A stretch of DNA of 53,318 nucleotides from an uncultured Gammaproteobacteria bacterium (lineage in GTDB: Bacteria > Patescibacteriota > Microgenomatia > UBA1406 > GWC2-37-13), in assembly GCA_964349415.1 (NCBI GenBank), contig CAYGGJ010000001.1:1-53318 (forward strand). The letters run 5' to 3'. The position numbers and the translations under genes were made by a program. The notes beneath the pieces are model-generated. The model had not been told where the DNA came from. It saw nothing but the letters and a program-made list of their open reading frames with translations, and made no database searches. This document shows, in pieces, positions 11,601 to 18,370 of the stretch (position 1 is the first letter of the stretch; every line of letters begins with the position of its first letter).

Positions 11601-13050
11601 AATACTGCAAAAAGGAATTCAACCCAATCCGGCAGCTCGTTACCAAACGGCAGAGGAGATGTTGAAGGATCTTACCGAAGCATATAATGAGATTACAACA
11701 AAGCCGCCGACACCGGCAGTAAGACCTGCGCCAAAAGCTCCGGAATCAACTCCTCCAAAAGAAACTCCTAAAGTTGTAGATCCGAAGGCTTTCGTTAACT
11801 CTTTAAAACAGGGAGACAGAGTGCTTATACACGGTGATGTTCATATCGTCACACCGCATAAAAACCCAAGCGGAAAGATGATATACCATTTTGAAAGAGA
11901 AGATGGTAAAGCGAAGCGCAATTACGGGGCGGAAGGGGTTGTAGACCGCGTAGCAAGAGGGGAAATTACAGCAGCCGAAGCAAAGGTTGATGTTCCAAAG
12001 CCAAATGCGGAATATGAGGATGGCGCAGACATTGGCGGCTTTACTGCACGCGAAAGAATCCTTCTCCACGTACTTGCAGGAGACAACATTGGAGTAATTA
12101 ATCACTATGTTGTCGAGGGAAATAGAAGGCATATTGATTTTAAAGAGACGGCAGAAGCAGATACAGAAAAAGTCAAGAGAGAATTTGTAAAAGACCCGGT
12201 AAGAGTCCAGAAAAAGGCGGTTGATGTTTTAAGAAATATTATGAGAGACGGAAGACTTTCTGAAGATCAAAAAACTGAAAGAGCGAAAGCATTCACTGTA
12301 TCATTCCTAAAGTTAGTGGTAAAACTTGATAGAGAGGCATTTCCGCCAACACCAGGAGAGACAGTCATGAAAGGAATTCCAGAATATATTCCTGACGGAC
12401 TGACGGATATGGGTTCGGATCCGGAAACCGGAGAATTTAGGTCGGGAAGAGAAAAAGTCAGAATAGATAAACTGGCTTTATTTGAACAATCTACGGATCT
12501 GCTCTATAGAATGATTACTGCTCCTGAAGCAAAAGGAGTTACTCAGGAAGGCAGAGATAAATTCTTCGTCGATAACGTAATGTACTATGTAAATATGGAG
12601 ATGCCGTATTATTTCGGAGAGGGAGGGCTCAATCCCGAGCATTCAATTCCACTTGATTACATAAGAGAGTCGCGTTTGAGTGTATGCCGCCATCACGCCC
12701 TCTACACTCAGGTGTTGCTCCAGACACTAGGCGTTAAGAGCAGACTTTTGAAAACCGATGTGGTATTTGGAAGCGGTAATAGAGGCGCCCATGGAAACAA
12801 TCTCGTAGAAGTCGGTGGGAAATGGTATCTGATTGATACTACTAATCCCGAGAGAATCAAAAAAAATGGAAAAGAGCAGGCAAGACGATTCATCAAGCCT
12901 ATACCGGAAACAACAATTGATACTAGCAATAAAAACTATCACTGGGAGTTCGAGATGGCTAGTGGTCAGAAGCGTGTCTATACGAGCAGAAACAATATGT
13001 ACTATAGAATTAAAGACAACGTAAAAGATCCTGCTTTCGCTGCTGCTTAG
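5638..13050 (+). CDS. Giant (2470 aa) multidomain membrane protein: GT-A-like + Ser/Thr kinase-like + transglutaminase-like domains
   Basis: Uninterrupted 7.4-kb ORF. It has Pro-rich linkers and hydrophobic segments (ILAPILSPTVVGALTSIGTALAL..., GGIGAVAGLAAGVVG). Domain motifs are listed in the three sub-features below. Confidence 0.9.
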   Translation: MPGDPRIEDARKHEVREKPSREQVLQTFNDTLGQMKDAPDLLPNEKRELERIEKFVERTLDHPKGSRLSVERTYRHPDNPDWRLRTNEGIPVDGMIDYLTRVIDSDDVPKKKKEELIKQRAVLAKNSVDYRRGKRAEPANWLLVVKAYAKEEGIDDLEVANGELLLRLELSLPPTKEEMDILRDTGSLDEARFSAGIGIDKLPPAPTGEEPTDPSTPPAEPTPPGDSPDRPPPAPEPTPREPVPPTIDDIRADQLSVMIGAGDVSLETLARHKAEVELEDRIQPDKRFFKRVWYRWTREFYVQKWTKQALEAMRASGTSAVSLSFGRKAAEVLSTQTGAMEATVKSIKERLELGSMGKRFDEKVTEAEGLLRQDILDSIINPVVGGERLTKEEVQKRLSEIMTIHKDEPAVREVFGSDEAIYGKLSEFYATDILEMANLLRTHEKSLEWIDEHVKVKMTNMGWAGGKETGDKLSWTDRLIRRGQKSRILAPILSPTVVGALTSIGTALALRAPAKALSVAGHIAVPGAGMISGGFLAAWRRNFELKVDRRLQSEQRKYGAEIPIDAKRRMRMESFAYDTVTAESLLNGYVDRDGVHQPGIRQLRGGLETEEGRESLVKKIIEIEERIDYSLREQKGLIRYSSETSVAQEQTALLKECVEMRQALREVGFSDERINLVAERQRASFNQNIQESDAAFGRYRLKESLKSGGIGAVAGLAAGVVGHELWTEGLHWAGVGGGSYAREVVGGGGGKINPDTLHDLYAKGGSLPLENNLEIRVNPANHHVLLIDSTSGKPVSVDAVFDLQKNGHIYVEGKLPDELQDQLQEAGLRVNEGPKIDGVKIVEEPGRGMNEVVGHKTSIPKGTEWIQNPNDPTKWDLVEKGHPKNVYLNDAQFDGAGRLTSYDVAGSSAKVELAEVVTKREIAVGEVAAAELDKYGTNVGHREWYGYNTPYSERNELTAYNAIFDSANGQKGVVWDMSHMQLGYQDGLNPNPIDVQQVIRDGQAGFAFSIPGHEGTPVWVPDGADGVFDGRVILDPSDMTHKINPFDPNSITIGELSQKILNQNALQQAVDGNIAAGRDAGYLASELTQRQNVFNLGLNGKMGYIEAGRMLPGENGNVFQVFATGRGSTDVQFDIIKEVQTTVNLTREVPIKIPTYDLTPFDREIFPIIPFPFAPRYPLERLGPTIITPAPFPYYSGYTKQQLRDWLQEDPRRHQPVRKIKVKDAAGKEREVWVDVEGKPLDRRVEREREVVSTYLDSIRTSDPTYYAELERLAAEPTMPAMGDDTRVVINIPAWMEGKGIYKALDEYSRQLDKDGNPLSTDLYEINILVNRKTGSAPDETLSEIQRFIADARAKGLNPRINFLDVEFDPPLNVVGNARKVMTDLSLIRSLRRPTQEKALYIESEDADLVHVDQKTVINIIDKMDNNPHLDAVRGVQDRFPEEMMENDLVFLARRMQDFSELFMRRKKLRPENNPDSNFQWHRVITGGWNTAYSAEAYALVGGYDRGKEMGEDLLIGEKLSMIRGDGVEPNLDVIGRVHTRTDSSPRRFIGEVMTGENAYSKTFTDEELNRIIKTTPISELMEMISPFARLSGSNWHEFQRIMDAHYRWVSSLSSDKEIGKEVFADVMGWLGFKKDDFAFTQAADGEHLAVTNWENVKDALEDYRTRHTRPRKRGERTRHERLAEAPATVPTPPVDEPEPKAPEVPEGKIEFHEFYKKNKLDLSSVTLPDHSLDELKTSKDTFEVGNYVITKDKIAGKGESGKEVLLGYDKTTGKMFAFKQVDKEEQLKLADDLNYPEGIKDPEDVIKAEVGDNSLLGIYKEKIDHGDSVVKVYELSALDLRNLLAQKGGALPPQEALKVAIGVTDALRLSHQAGVVHTDVIDNNILINEDGTVTLTDFHVAAIQPEGQSYTFTGYTEKYHGIMAPELQDKTGVVFTPSLDTYQASILLYRTLTGKFPYGGGSRAEVMEMHKQGKFEIPESVPEPIRKILQKGIQPNPAARYQTAEEMLKDLTEAYNEITTKPPTPAVRPAPKAPESTPPKETPKVVDPKAFVNSLKQGDRVLIHGDVHIVTPHKNPSGKMIYHFEREDGKAKRNYGAEGVVDRVARGEITAAEAKVDVPKPNAEYEDGADIGGFTARERILLHVLAGDNIGVINHYVVEGNRRHIDFKETAEADTEKVKREFVKDPVRVQKKAVDVLRNIMRDGRLSEDQKTERAKAFTVSFLKLVVKLDREAFPPTPGETVMKGIPEYIPDGLTDMGSDPETGEFRSGREKVRIDKLALFEQSTDLLYRMITAPEAKGVTQEGRDKFFVDNVMYYVNMEMPYYFGEGGLNPEHSIPLDYIRESRLSVCRHHALYTQVLLQTLGVKSRLLKTDVVFGSGNRGAHGNNLVEVGGKWYLIDTTNPERIKKNGKEQARRFIKPIPETTIDTSNKNYHWEFEMASGQKRVYTSRNNMYYRIKDNVKDPAFAAA
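9493..10215 (+). other. GT-A (family 2-like) glycosyltransferase domain inside the giant ORF
   Basis: RVVINIPAWMEGKGIY resembles the GT2 N-terminal strand (cf. VSVIIPAYNEE). ESEDADLV provides a DxD-type motif. GGWNTAYSAEAYALVGGYD and GEDLLIGEKL resemble the GT2 acceptor-loop and ED motifs. Confidence 0.6.
10864..11685 (+). other. Hanks-type protein kinase-like domain inside the giant ORF (non-canonical HTD / DFH)
   Basis: GKGESGKEV (Gly loop), MFAFKQV (VAIK Lys), VVHTDVIDNNIL (HRD-like with Asp and Asn kept), LTDFHVA (DFG becomes DFH), IMAPE (APE), SLDTYQASILLY (subdomain IX Asp), AARYQTAEEM (subdomain XI Arg). Confidence 0.7.
12673..12852 (+). other. Transglutaminase-like cysteine protease core at the C-terminus of the giant ORF
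   Basis: SVCRHHALYTQVLLQTLGVKSRLL ... AHGNNLVEVGGKWYLIDTTNPE gives the Cys, His and Asp spacing and context of the transglutaminase-like superfamily (GxC..fa..f..l.R..GiP.R ... HaW.Ev...g.W...D.T). Confidence 0.65.
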
Positions 13051-15080
13051 GCTGCTTCTGCGATAGGAAGAGTAAGCTGATCCATCAATCTTTTTCTTGC
13101 TCCTGCTGAAAGATTTAGATTGTCTATTTGGGCTAAAACCTCTTGAGCCTGAAGATCAGAATACTGACCTTGCACGTATCCTACGGTGAGAGGGTAGAGG
13201 CGGTGCTGTTGATACTGCACTGCTTTTTCATGCTCGTAGTTCATGAGCGCAAAGACGATAGAGGTGAAATAAGGGCGGTCATAGGTAATATTTCCCTCAG
13301 TAGATTTTCTTCTTCCGTCCAACGCTTTTACCAGAGGCATTAAATCCTTTTTCTTAAAATGTGCCTTTACAAACTTTTTAAAGATTTCATTACCCGAAAC
13401 ACCCTGCTCTTGCTGCAGAAGATTTATCAGATTGTAGAGGACAATTCTTTCTTCAGCATATCCTTCAATATCTAAGGGAGAATGGTAAGTTTCCAGAGCC
13501 CATCGTCTTACCAACTCTTCGTCTATAGCTTCATGAAGCCATATTCCACGATGTGTATATTCATAGTTCAGACTCCCGTCAGCATTAATACCGGTAATTC
13601 TGGCTTTTCCAACATCAACTCCGGATCTGCGTGGTGTATTAAGTACGGTCTTACGGTTTCCATGTTCATCGCTCTTGATCACCCGAAGAAATTCCAGCTC
13701 CGATGTTAAATGCGTATATTCATGTGGAAAAATCTCAAGAAGAAGGCGTGATAACAAACCTCTTGCCTGGTCGGGACCAAGGTCGTACCAGCTTCCTTGA
13801 CCAAGTTGTCTTGCCTTTGTTTCGACTACGTCAAAGTTTATAAACAACACAGGCATGGAGGTAAATACAAAAGCATAGGCAGACCCATGCTCCGCAAAAG
13901 CGCGGGCGGTATCACCGGATACAGGATAGATTTTCATACCCGCTATCTTGGGAAGCTTGATCCCATAGGTATGATTGACGAATTCTCGATACTGATCGAT
14001 AACATCATCTCCCAATTGTTTTAACTCGGTTTCTCCCAGACTAAGTTTTTGCAGTTTGGATGTAAGTCCGGCTTTCTCTCTCTGGATTTGCTGCGACAGA
14101 TCGGTAAGATTATGATTCCCAAACTCAGCGGGATGTTTCTTTTTCAGTTCATTGGCGATCCATAGAGGATGAAACATCTGATCTACATTTTCTACAGGCA
14201 TCCTGCGGGGATCTCCCTCTGGTCGGACATAAGTCTTTTTGTAATTATTCGGCAGTTTAAAAGGTCTTGTTAAACGTGGTCTTCCACGCTGTGGTTCTCT
14301 TGGTGTTGGTGGCTCGCGGCGGGCTGGGGGAGCAGGTCTTCTGGGTTCCTGTGGAGCTCTAGGCGTACGCGGCTGTCTGGGAGCTCCCGGTGTCGCAGGA
14401 GTCTTTTGTTTCACGCCATGTTTCCAGATAAACTCCAAAAGCTCAACCTCTTGTTGGCTCAGATTATTTACTTTATCTTTTAGATCCTCCTTATAAAAGG
14501 GGCCACGCTTATTACGGAAAAACGTCTCTGCCAGAGTGAGTTGAGTTACTACTTCGGAAGATCTTCCTCCAAAAATGCCGGCTAGCCACTTAATAGTAGG
14601 CATGTTTTTTTCAAGAACATCTGAACTTTCAGGAACATGAATTAAAAACAGATCTTTTACAAAATGTTTAACCGAATCATTTTTCTTTTCAAAATATCTT
14701 TCATAAAGATTAAGGGCATCCTTTTCACTGAATTTTCTGGAATTGATACCCATCCTTTCAAGCAGTTCGTGTTGATGATCCTCAAATTTTTTTCCTTGGA
14801 AAGAGGCCGTTACTTGTGCCGCCCATGCCTTTTTCTGTTTTTTTAGATCGCCGCTTTCTTTACCTTTCCAGTATTTACTTCTTTCATATCTTGAAGCATT
14901 TTCATAAGGGACGTAATCTCTCCAAGCAAGATGTGTGATTTTATCGGGATTAGGAGCTAAATCTTTTCTTACCGGATTTAGTGCATCTTCGCCTATTAGA
15001 AGTCTCGTTTGCAGACCAATACGGTCGAGGACTGGATGATTTCTCTCCGGGCTTTTGTGAGGCCTAGAACGCTCTGACAT
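13047..15080 (-). CDS. Orphan 677-aa protein with a gluzincin-like HExxH ... WLHEAIDEE motif pair and a Pro/Arg-rich linker
   Basis: FPHEYTHL (HExxH), with GIWLHEAIDEELV downstream (thermolysin-type NEAxSD-like third-ligand motif). The linker is TPATPGAPRQPRTPRAPQEPRRPAPPARREPPTPREPQRGRP. Its stop overlaps the giant gene's stop. Confidence 0.75.
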   Translation of the reverse strand: MSERSRPHKSPERNHPVLDRIGLQTRLLIGEDALNPVRKDLAPNPDKITHLAWRDYVPYENASRYERSKYWKGKESGDLKKQKKAWAAQVTASFQGKKFEDHQHELLERMGINSRKFSEKDALNLYERYFEKKNDSVKHFVKDLFLIHVPESSDVLEKNMPTIKWLAGIFGGRSSEVVTQLTLAETFFRNKRGPFYKEDLKDKVNNLSQQEVELLEFIWKHGVKQKTPATPGAPRQPRTPRAPQEPRRPAPPARREPPTPREPQRGRPRLTRPFKLPNNYKKTYVRPEGDPRRMPVENVDQMFHPLWIANELKKKHPAEFGNHNLTDLSQQIQREKAGLTSKLQKLSLGETELKQLGDDVIDQYREFVNHTYGIKLPKIAGMKIYPVSGDTARAFAEHGSAYAFVFTSMPVLFINFDVVETKARQLGQGSWYDLGPDQARGLLSRLLLEIFPHEYTHLTSELEFLRVIKSDEHGNRKTVLNTPRRSGVDVGKARITGINADGSLNYEYTHRGIWLHEAIDEELVRRWALETYHSPLDIEGYAEERIVLYNLINLLQQEQGVSGNEIFKKFVKAHFKKKDLMPLVKALDGRRKSTEGNITYDRPYFTSIVFALMNYEHEKAVQYQQHRLYPLTVGYVQGQYSDLQAQEVLAQIDNLNLSAGARKRLMDQLTLPIAEAA

Positions 15081-15122
15081 ACGGAGGTTATTATACCAAA
15101 CTATAGGACTAATTTAAAGCAG

Positions 15123-15344
15123 TTATTCTTCTGTTTCTACGCCCAGAAGACGCGTTACGACCTCTTTTTTGTAGCGTCGGTCGCCGCGTGAGTTTATGCG
15201 GATTGCCGGAAGCTTTCCTTTCTTACCCCAGCGCTTAATCGTGAGAGGAGAGACTCTTAAAAGGTTGGCAACTTCTCGTATCGTAAGTAGATCTGGTAAA
15301 TCAGAGAGTGATACGTTTTTTGAAGGTTTGTTAGTGATTGCCAT
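15123..15344 (-). CDS. Excisionase/MerR-type helix-turn-helix DNA-binding protein
   Basis: LLTIREVANLLRVSPLTIKRWGKKGKLPAIRINSRGDRRY matches the excisionase-family HTH pattern. The start is set at the internal Met (MAITNKP). It is divergent from the surface-protein operon. Confidence 0.7.
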   Translation of the reverse strand: MAITNKPSKNVSLSDLPDLLTIREVANLLRVSPLTIKRWGKKGKLPAIRINSRGDRRYKKEVVTRLLGVETEE

Positions 15345-15436
15345 AGAAAGTATTATAAAAGTAATAATTGAATTGTCAACACGTTCTATTCTGCGCACGA
15401 AATTTTGACCGCTAAAAATTAAACAGAGTTATTATA

Positions 15437-15465
15437 TTGACAAGAGTGCATGTTTACACTATCGT
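15437..15465 (+). promoter_or_regulatory. Sigma70-like promoter candidate for the surface-protein operon
   Basis: TTGACA (15437-15442), a 17-nt spacer, then TATCGT (15460-15465), 25 nt upstream of the ATG at 15491. Confidence 0.4.
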
Positions 15466-15490
15466 ATATGTATATTAAGACGTTAATGTA

Positions 15491-17188
15491 ATGGCTAGCA
15501 ACAACACTTCACCAGGCATATTTAAAAGACATAAGGTTTTCGCACTCATCTTCAGCTTTCTCTTCCTCGCAATTCTCGCCGGCTCAGTCGCAGTAGTTCA
15601 ACAACAGCAGACCCTTAATTCTCGGGCAGGCGGTTCTTGGGGTGGCAATCCTGTAGCCGAGTGTTCAGCTGTATGCAAAAAATTGAAAGGTAGAAAAAAC
15701 TGTGAAGCTGTTAAGACGTTAAAAAATCGAAATGCATGTTTGTGGTTAAGTACCCAAAATTCTTGCGTCCCTTTTACAGGTCATTGTAGTGATGATGGAG
15801 GACTCAAACCTTCTTCCGTGCCGACTGGTAAATCTAAAACACCGGCAAAAACAACAAAACCTGACGCTAAAGATTCGGAAACCGGAAGTGGAGAAAAGGG
15901 AAAGGGGATGACATGTACAAAAACGAGTGCCTGTCAGCCAGGATTAAAGTGTATGAATGTATGTCAAGGCCAGAACTGTACGGATAGATGTTGGGATGAT
16001 GTGGCAACTGCCGCCGGTAAATCAGGAGGAGGTCAATCTGCCCCTGATGCTAAATCCGATGGTGGAGGCGCCACCGGTGACGGGAGGAGTGGTGACAATC
16101 TGAAGAGTTGCTCGATTGATTGTTCAAAACTGTCTAAGAATCAATGTAAGAGTCCGAAGAATCGAAACGGCATACCAGTTTGCTACATTACTTCGGGAGG
16201 AGATTGTTGGGCTGACCCACAATTTTTCGATTCTGGACACACTGCCAAATATAAAGCTATAAGTTGTGGAGTAGATTCGGGAAGTGGAGGGGAGACATGT
16301 AATGTAGACTGTGGAAAATTTAACAAAGACAATTGTTCCAAAACAAAAGACACTAACGGAAAATCTGTTTGTTATGTGACGAGCGCCGGTAACTGTTTTG
16401 CAGATACTACGTACTGGTCCGGAAATGGACACACGGCCAAATATCAGTGTAAAGAAGCACCAGTTGCAAAAGCACCCGACCCCGCAGCACCGGCACCCGA
16501 CCCCGCAGCACCGGCTGCCAAAGATTCTGGTAGCGGAGGTGCAAGTGGTGGAGGAGGAACAACATCCGGAGGAGGAACCGGAGGTAGTGCTCCTGCTGCA
16601 GCGCCAGATGCAAAAGCCCCAACAACAGCACCAGCAGCTCCCGGAGCGAGTACCGGAAGCGTCACGCTCAAGCTCTATCTTAAATTTCAGGGTATAACCA
16701 AAAAGCCAACTAACACGACTCCGTTGAAAGTAAAAGTGAGCCTTTCCTCAAGCGTTTCACAGACTGCAGATTTCACCTCAGATGAAAACGGAGGATTTAC
16801 CGGTTCAGTTACATTCTCAAAAGTCGATTTAAGCAAAAAATACTCTATTTATGTCAAAGGACCAAAGCATATCCAGAAACGTGTCTGTGATGCAACTCCT
16901 ACAGAGACACGAGGGGGGACATATAGTTGTTCTACTGACAATGTCACGCTTAAAAGCGGAGAAAATGGATTGAATTTCGATAAAATCCTGCTTCTTGCAG
17001 GAGATTTACCCGAGCAAGACGGAGTAGTTGACTCATCCGATGTTTCATTTATTCGCCAAAATCTTACAAGTCAAGATTCGGATGCACTTGCCATTGGAGA
17101 TGTGAATTTGAACGGCATTGTCGACACCCAAGACTATGCACTCGTTATCGCAGCCCTATCAATTAAGACAGACGACGCGATAAAATAA
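15491..17188 (+). CDS. Secreted or anchored protein with three Cys-rich modules, a P/A/G linker, an Ig-like beta domain and a C-terminal dockerin
   Basis: N-terminal hydrophobic signal/anchor. Three related Cys-rich modules: CSAVCKKLKGRKNC..., CSIDCSKLSKNQCKSPKNRNGIPVCYITSGGDCWAD...GHTAKYKAISC and CNVDCGKFNKDNCSKTKDTNGKSVCYVTSAGNCFAD...GHTAKYQCK. The C-terminal duplicated dockerin repeats are GDLPEQDGVVDSSDVSFI and GDVNLNGIVDTQDYALVI. Confidence 0.8.
   Translation: MASNNTSPGIFKRHKVFALIFSFLFLAILAGSVAVVQQQQTLNSRAGGSWGGNPVAECSAVCKKLKGRKNCEAVKTLKNRNACLWLSTQNSCVPFTGHCSDDGGLKPSSVPTGKSKTPAKTTKPDAKDSETGSGEKGKGMTCTKTSACQPGLKCMNVCQGQNCTDRCWDDVATAAGKSGGGQSAPDAKSDGGGATGDGRSGDNLKSCSIDCSKLSKNQCKSPKNRNGIPVCYITSGGDCWADPQFFDSGHTAKYKAISCGVDSGSGGETCNVDCGKFNKDNCSKTKDTNGKSVCYVTSAGNCFADTTYWSGNGHTAKYQCKEAPVAKAPDPAAPAPDPAAPAAKDSGSGGASGGGGTTSGGGTGGSAPAAAPDAKAPTTAPAAPGASTGSVTLKLYLKFQGITKKPTNTTPLKVKVSLSSSVSQTADFTSDENGGFTGSVTFSKVDLSKKYSIYVKGPKHIQKRVCDATPTETRGGTYSCSTDNVTLKSGENGLNFDKILLLAGDLPEQDGVVDSSDVSFIRQNLTSQDSDALAIGDVNLNGIVDTQDYALVIAALSIKTDDAIK
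16472..16513 (+). repeat. Perfect 21-bp tandem duplication (gcacccgaccccgcagcaccg x2) encoding APDPAAP x2
   Basis: Read directly: 16472-16492 is identical to 16493-16513. It is in frame within the linker of the dockerin protein. Confidence 0.95.
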
Positions 17189-17191
17189 ACT

Positions 17192-17791
17192 ATGGATACA
17201 CAAGCACCACACCCAAATTACAGAATCTTTATCACGATCGTTGCACTTCTTGCCATTGGAATATGGTTGATATCCGTGTTTTTGTACAGGCAAAAAAAAG
17301 ACCGTGAAGAGATTGCCGTTGTCCCCGTAGTGAATGTTTCTGAAGCAGAAGTGTCGGCGGCACCCATTCTCAATAGAGGGTCTGTCGAACTCGCACAACA
17401 GCGTGCAAATCCTCAGGTGGGGCAACCGCTTGAGTTGACCGTTACCGCAAACTCAGAGAATCAAGATGTGGTAGGATACGACATTCTCGTCAAATATGAC
17501 CAAAACGCGTTTGCCTTTGTTGGAGCAACGTCGCTTGTCCCATCGTTCTCGGTGGTACCCGTAGCAAAAGACGGATTGGTTTCCTTGACCGGAAGCAAAA
17601 GCCCTTCCGTCAAAACTCCGACCGTTTTTTCAAATACCGATATCGTTAGACTAACATTCACCGCAAAAAAGAAAGGAACTTATGACTTCTCAGCATTATC
17701 AATCTCCGGGAATCAAAAGTCCCGGCTGGTTGATGCAAAACTAGAAAAACTTTATCCGAAAACTTCATTATTGGAAGTGAAAGTAGACTGA
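17192..17791 (+). CDS. Membrane-anchored cohesin-like domain protein
   Basis: TM helix (IFITIVALLAIGIWLISVFLY). LELTVTANSENQDVVGYDILVKYDQNAFAFVGATSL ... IVRLTFTAKKKGTYDF fits the cohesin pattern (x.gvd..l.YD...l......; ...l.F.ak..G). Confidence 0.65.
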   Translation: MDTQAPHPNYRIFITIVALLAIGIWLISVFLYRQKKDREEIAVVPVVNVSEAEVSAAPILNRGSVELAQQRANPQVGQPLELTVTANSENQDVVGYDILVKYDQNAFAFVGATSLVPSFSVVPVAKDGLVSLTGSKSPSVKTPTVFSNTDIVRLTFTAKKKGTYDFSALSISGNQKSRLVDAKLEKLYPKTSLLEVKVD

Positions 17792-17792
17792 T

Positions 17793-18326
17793 ATGGCAAA
17801 AAAGAAAAACAACAAACAAAATAAAAACCTATTTCTATTTCTTATAGTGGCGGGCTTGCTCTTGCTTGTTTCTGTTTTTGCAATCCAAAACAAACAATCT
17901 GTCGGTTCAAAAGCAGCAGAAGGGAAGGGTGATCAGAGCAAGACCGGTGCATGTTTGGAAAATTGCATTAACAAAAGATGTAACCAAGGTCTCAATTGCA
18001 AAACCGATAAAAAACAAAAAGAAGTATTAAATTATTGCGCAAAGTTTTGTGGGCTTCCTTTTACCCAGCAATCAAAAGAAGGTGCGGCTGGAAAAGTTAT
18101 AGCGCCAACACCCGCCGCAGGTAAACAAAGTCTTCCGATAACACAAATAGGGACAACCTGTTTTGCTAACGGACAATATGTGGCGAGGTGTCCTCAAGGG
18201 GCATACTGTAAGGGCGATAATGACAGCGCGCGTTGTACTGCAATACCTGCAGGAAAACAAGGTCGGGGTGGAGGTGGAGCGGCTGGAAAAGCACCGACAA
18301 CAGGACCAACACCGAAAAGCAAATAA
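17793..18326 (+). CDS. Small signal-anchored Cys-rich secreted protein (MAKKK... family)
   Basis: MAKKKNNKQNKNLFLFLIVAGLLLLVSVFAI, then 13 Cys (CLENCINKRCNQGLNCK...). The N-terminus and the QGL(N/Q)CK motif resemble the paralog pair at 34151 and 34558. Confidence 0.65.
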   Translation: MAKKKNNKQNKNLFLFLIVAGLLLLVSVFAIQNKQSVGSKAAEGKGDQSKTGACLENCINKRCNQGLNCKTDKKQKEVLNYCAKFCGLPFTQQSKEGAAGKVIAPTPAAGKQSLPITQIGTTCFANGQYVARCPQGAYCKGDNDSARCTAIPAGKQGRGGGGAAGKAPTTGPTPKSK

Positions 18327-18370
18327 GTGTGGTTGAAAAAAATTGACCAATTATAGATAATCAGGGAAGC

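Noticed and set aside
6024-12942. About 15 short ORFs (60-117 aa) on both strands inside the 2470-aa gene (e.g. 6024-6377, 7023-7268, 8599-8910, 9252-9545, 11803-12132)
   Set aside because: All lie fully within one long uninterrupted ORF that carries recognisable domain motifs. None has motifs or plausible independent start signals.
16124-16697. ORFs 16124-16432 (-), 16398-16697 (+), 16407-16631 (-) and 16444-16671 (-) inside the dockerin protein gene
   Set aside because: They are generated by the GC-rich Pro/Ala/Gly linker and the tandem repeat. The sense frame is supported by the Cys-module repeats and the dockerin.
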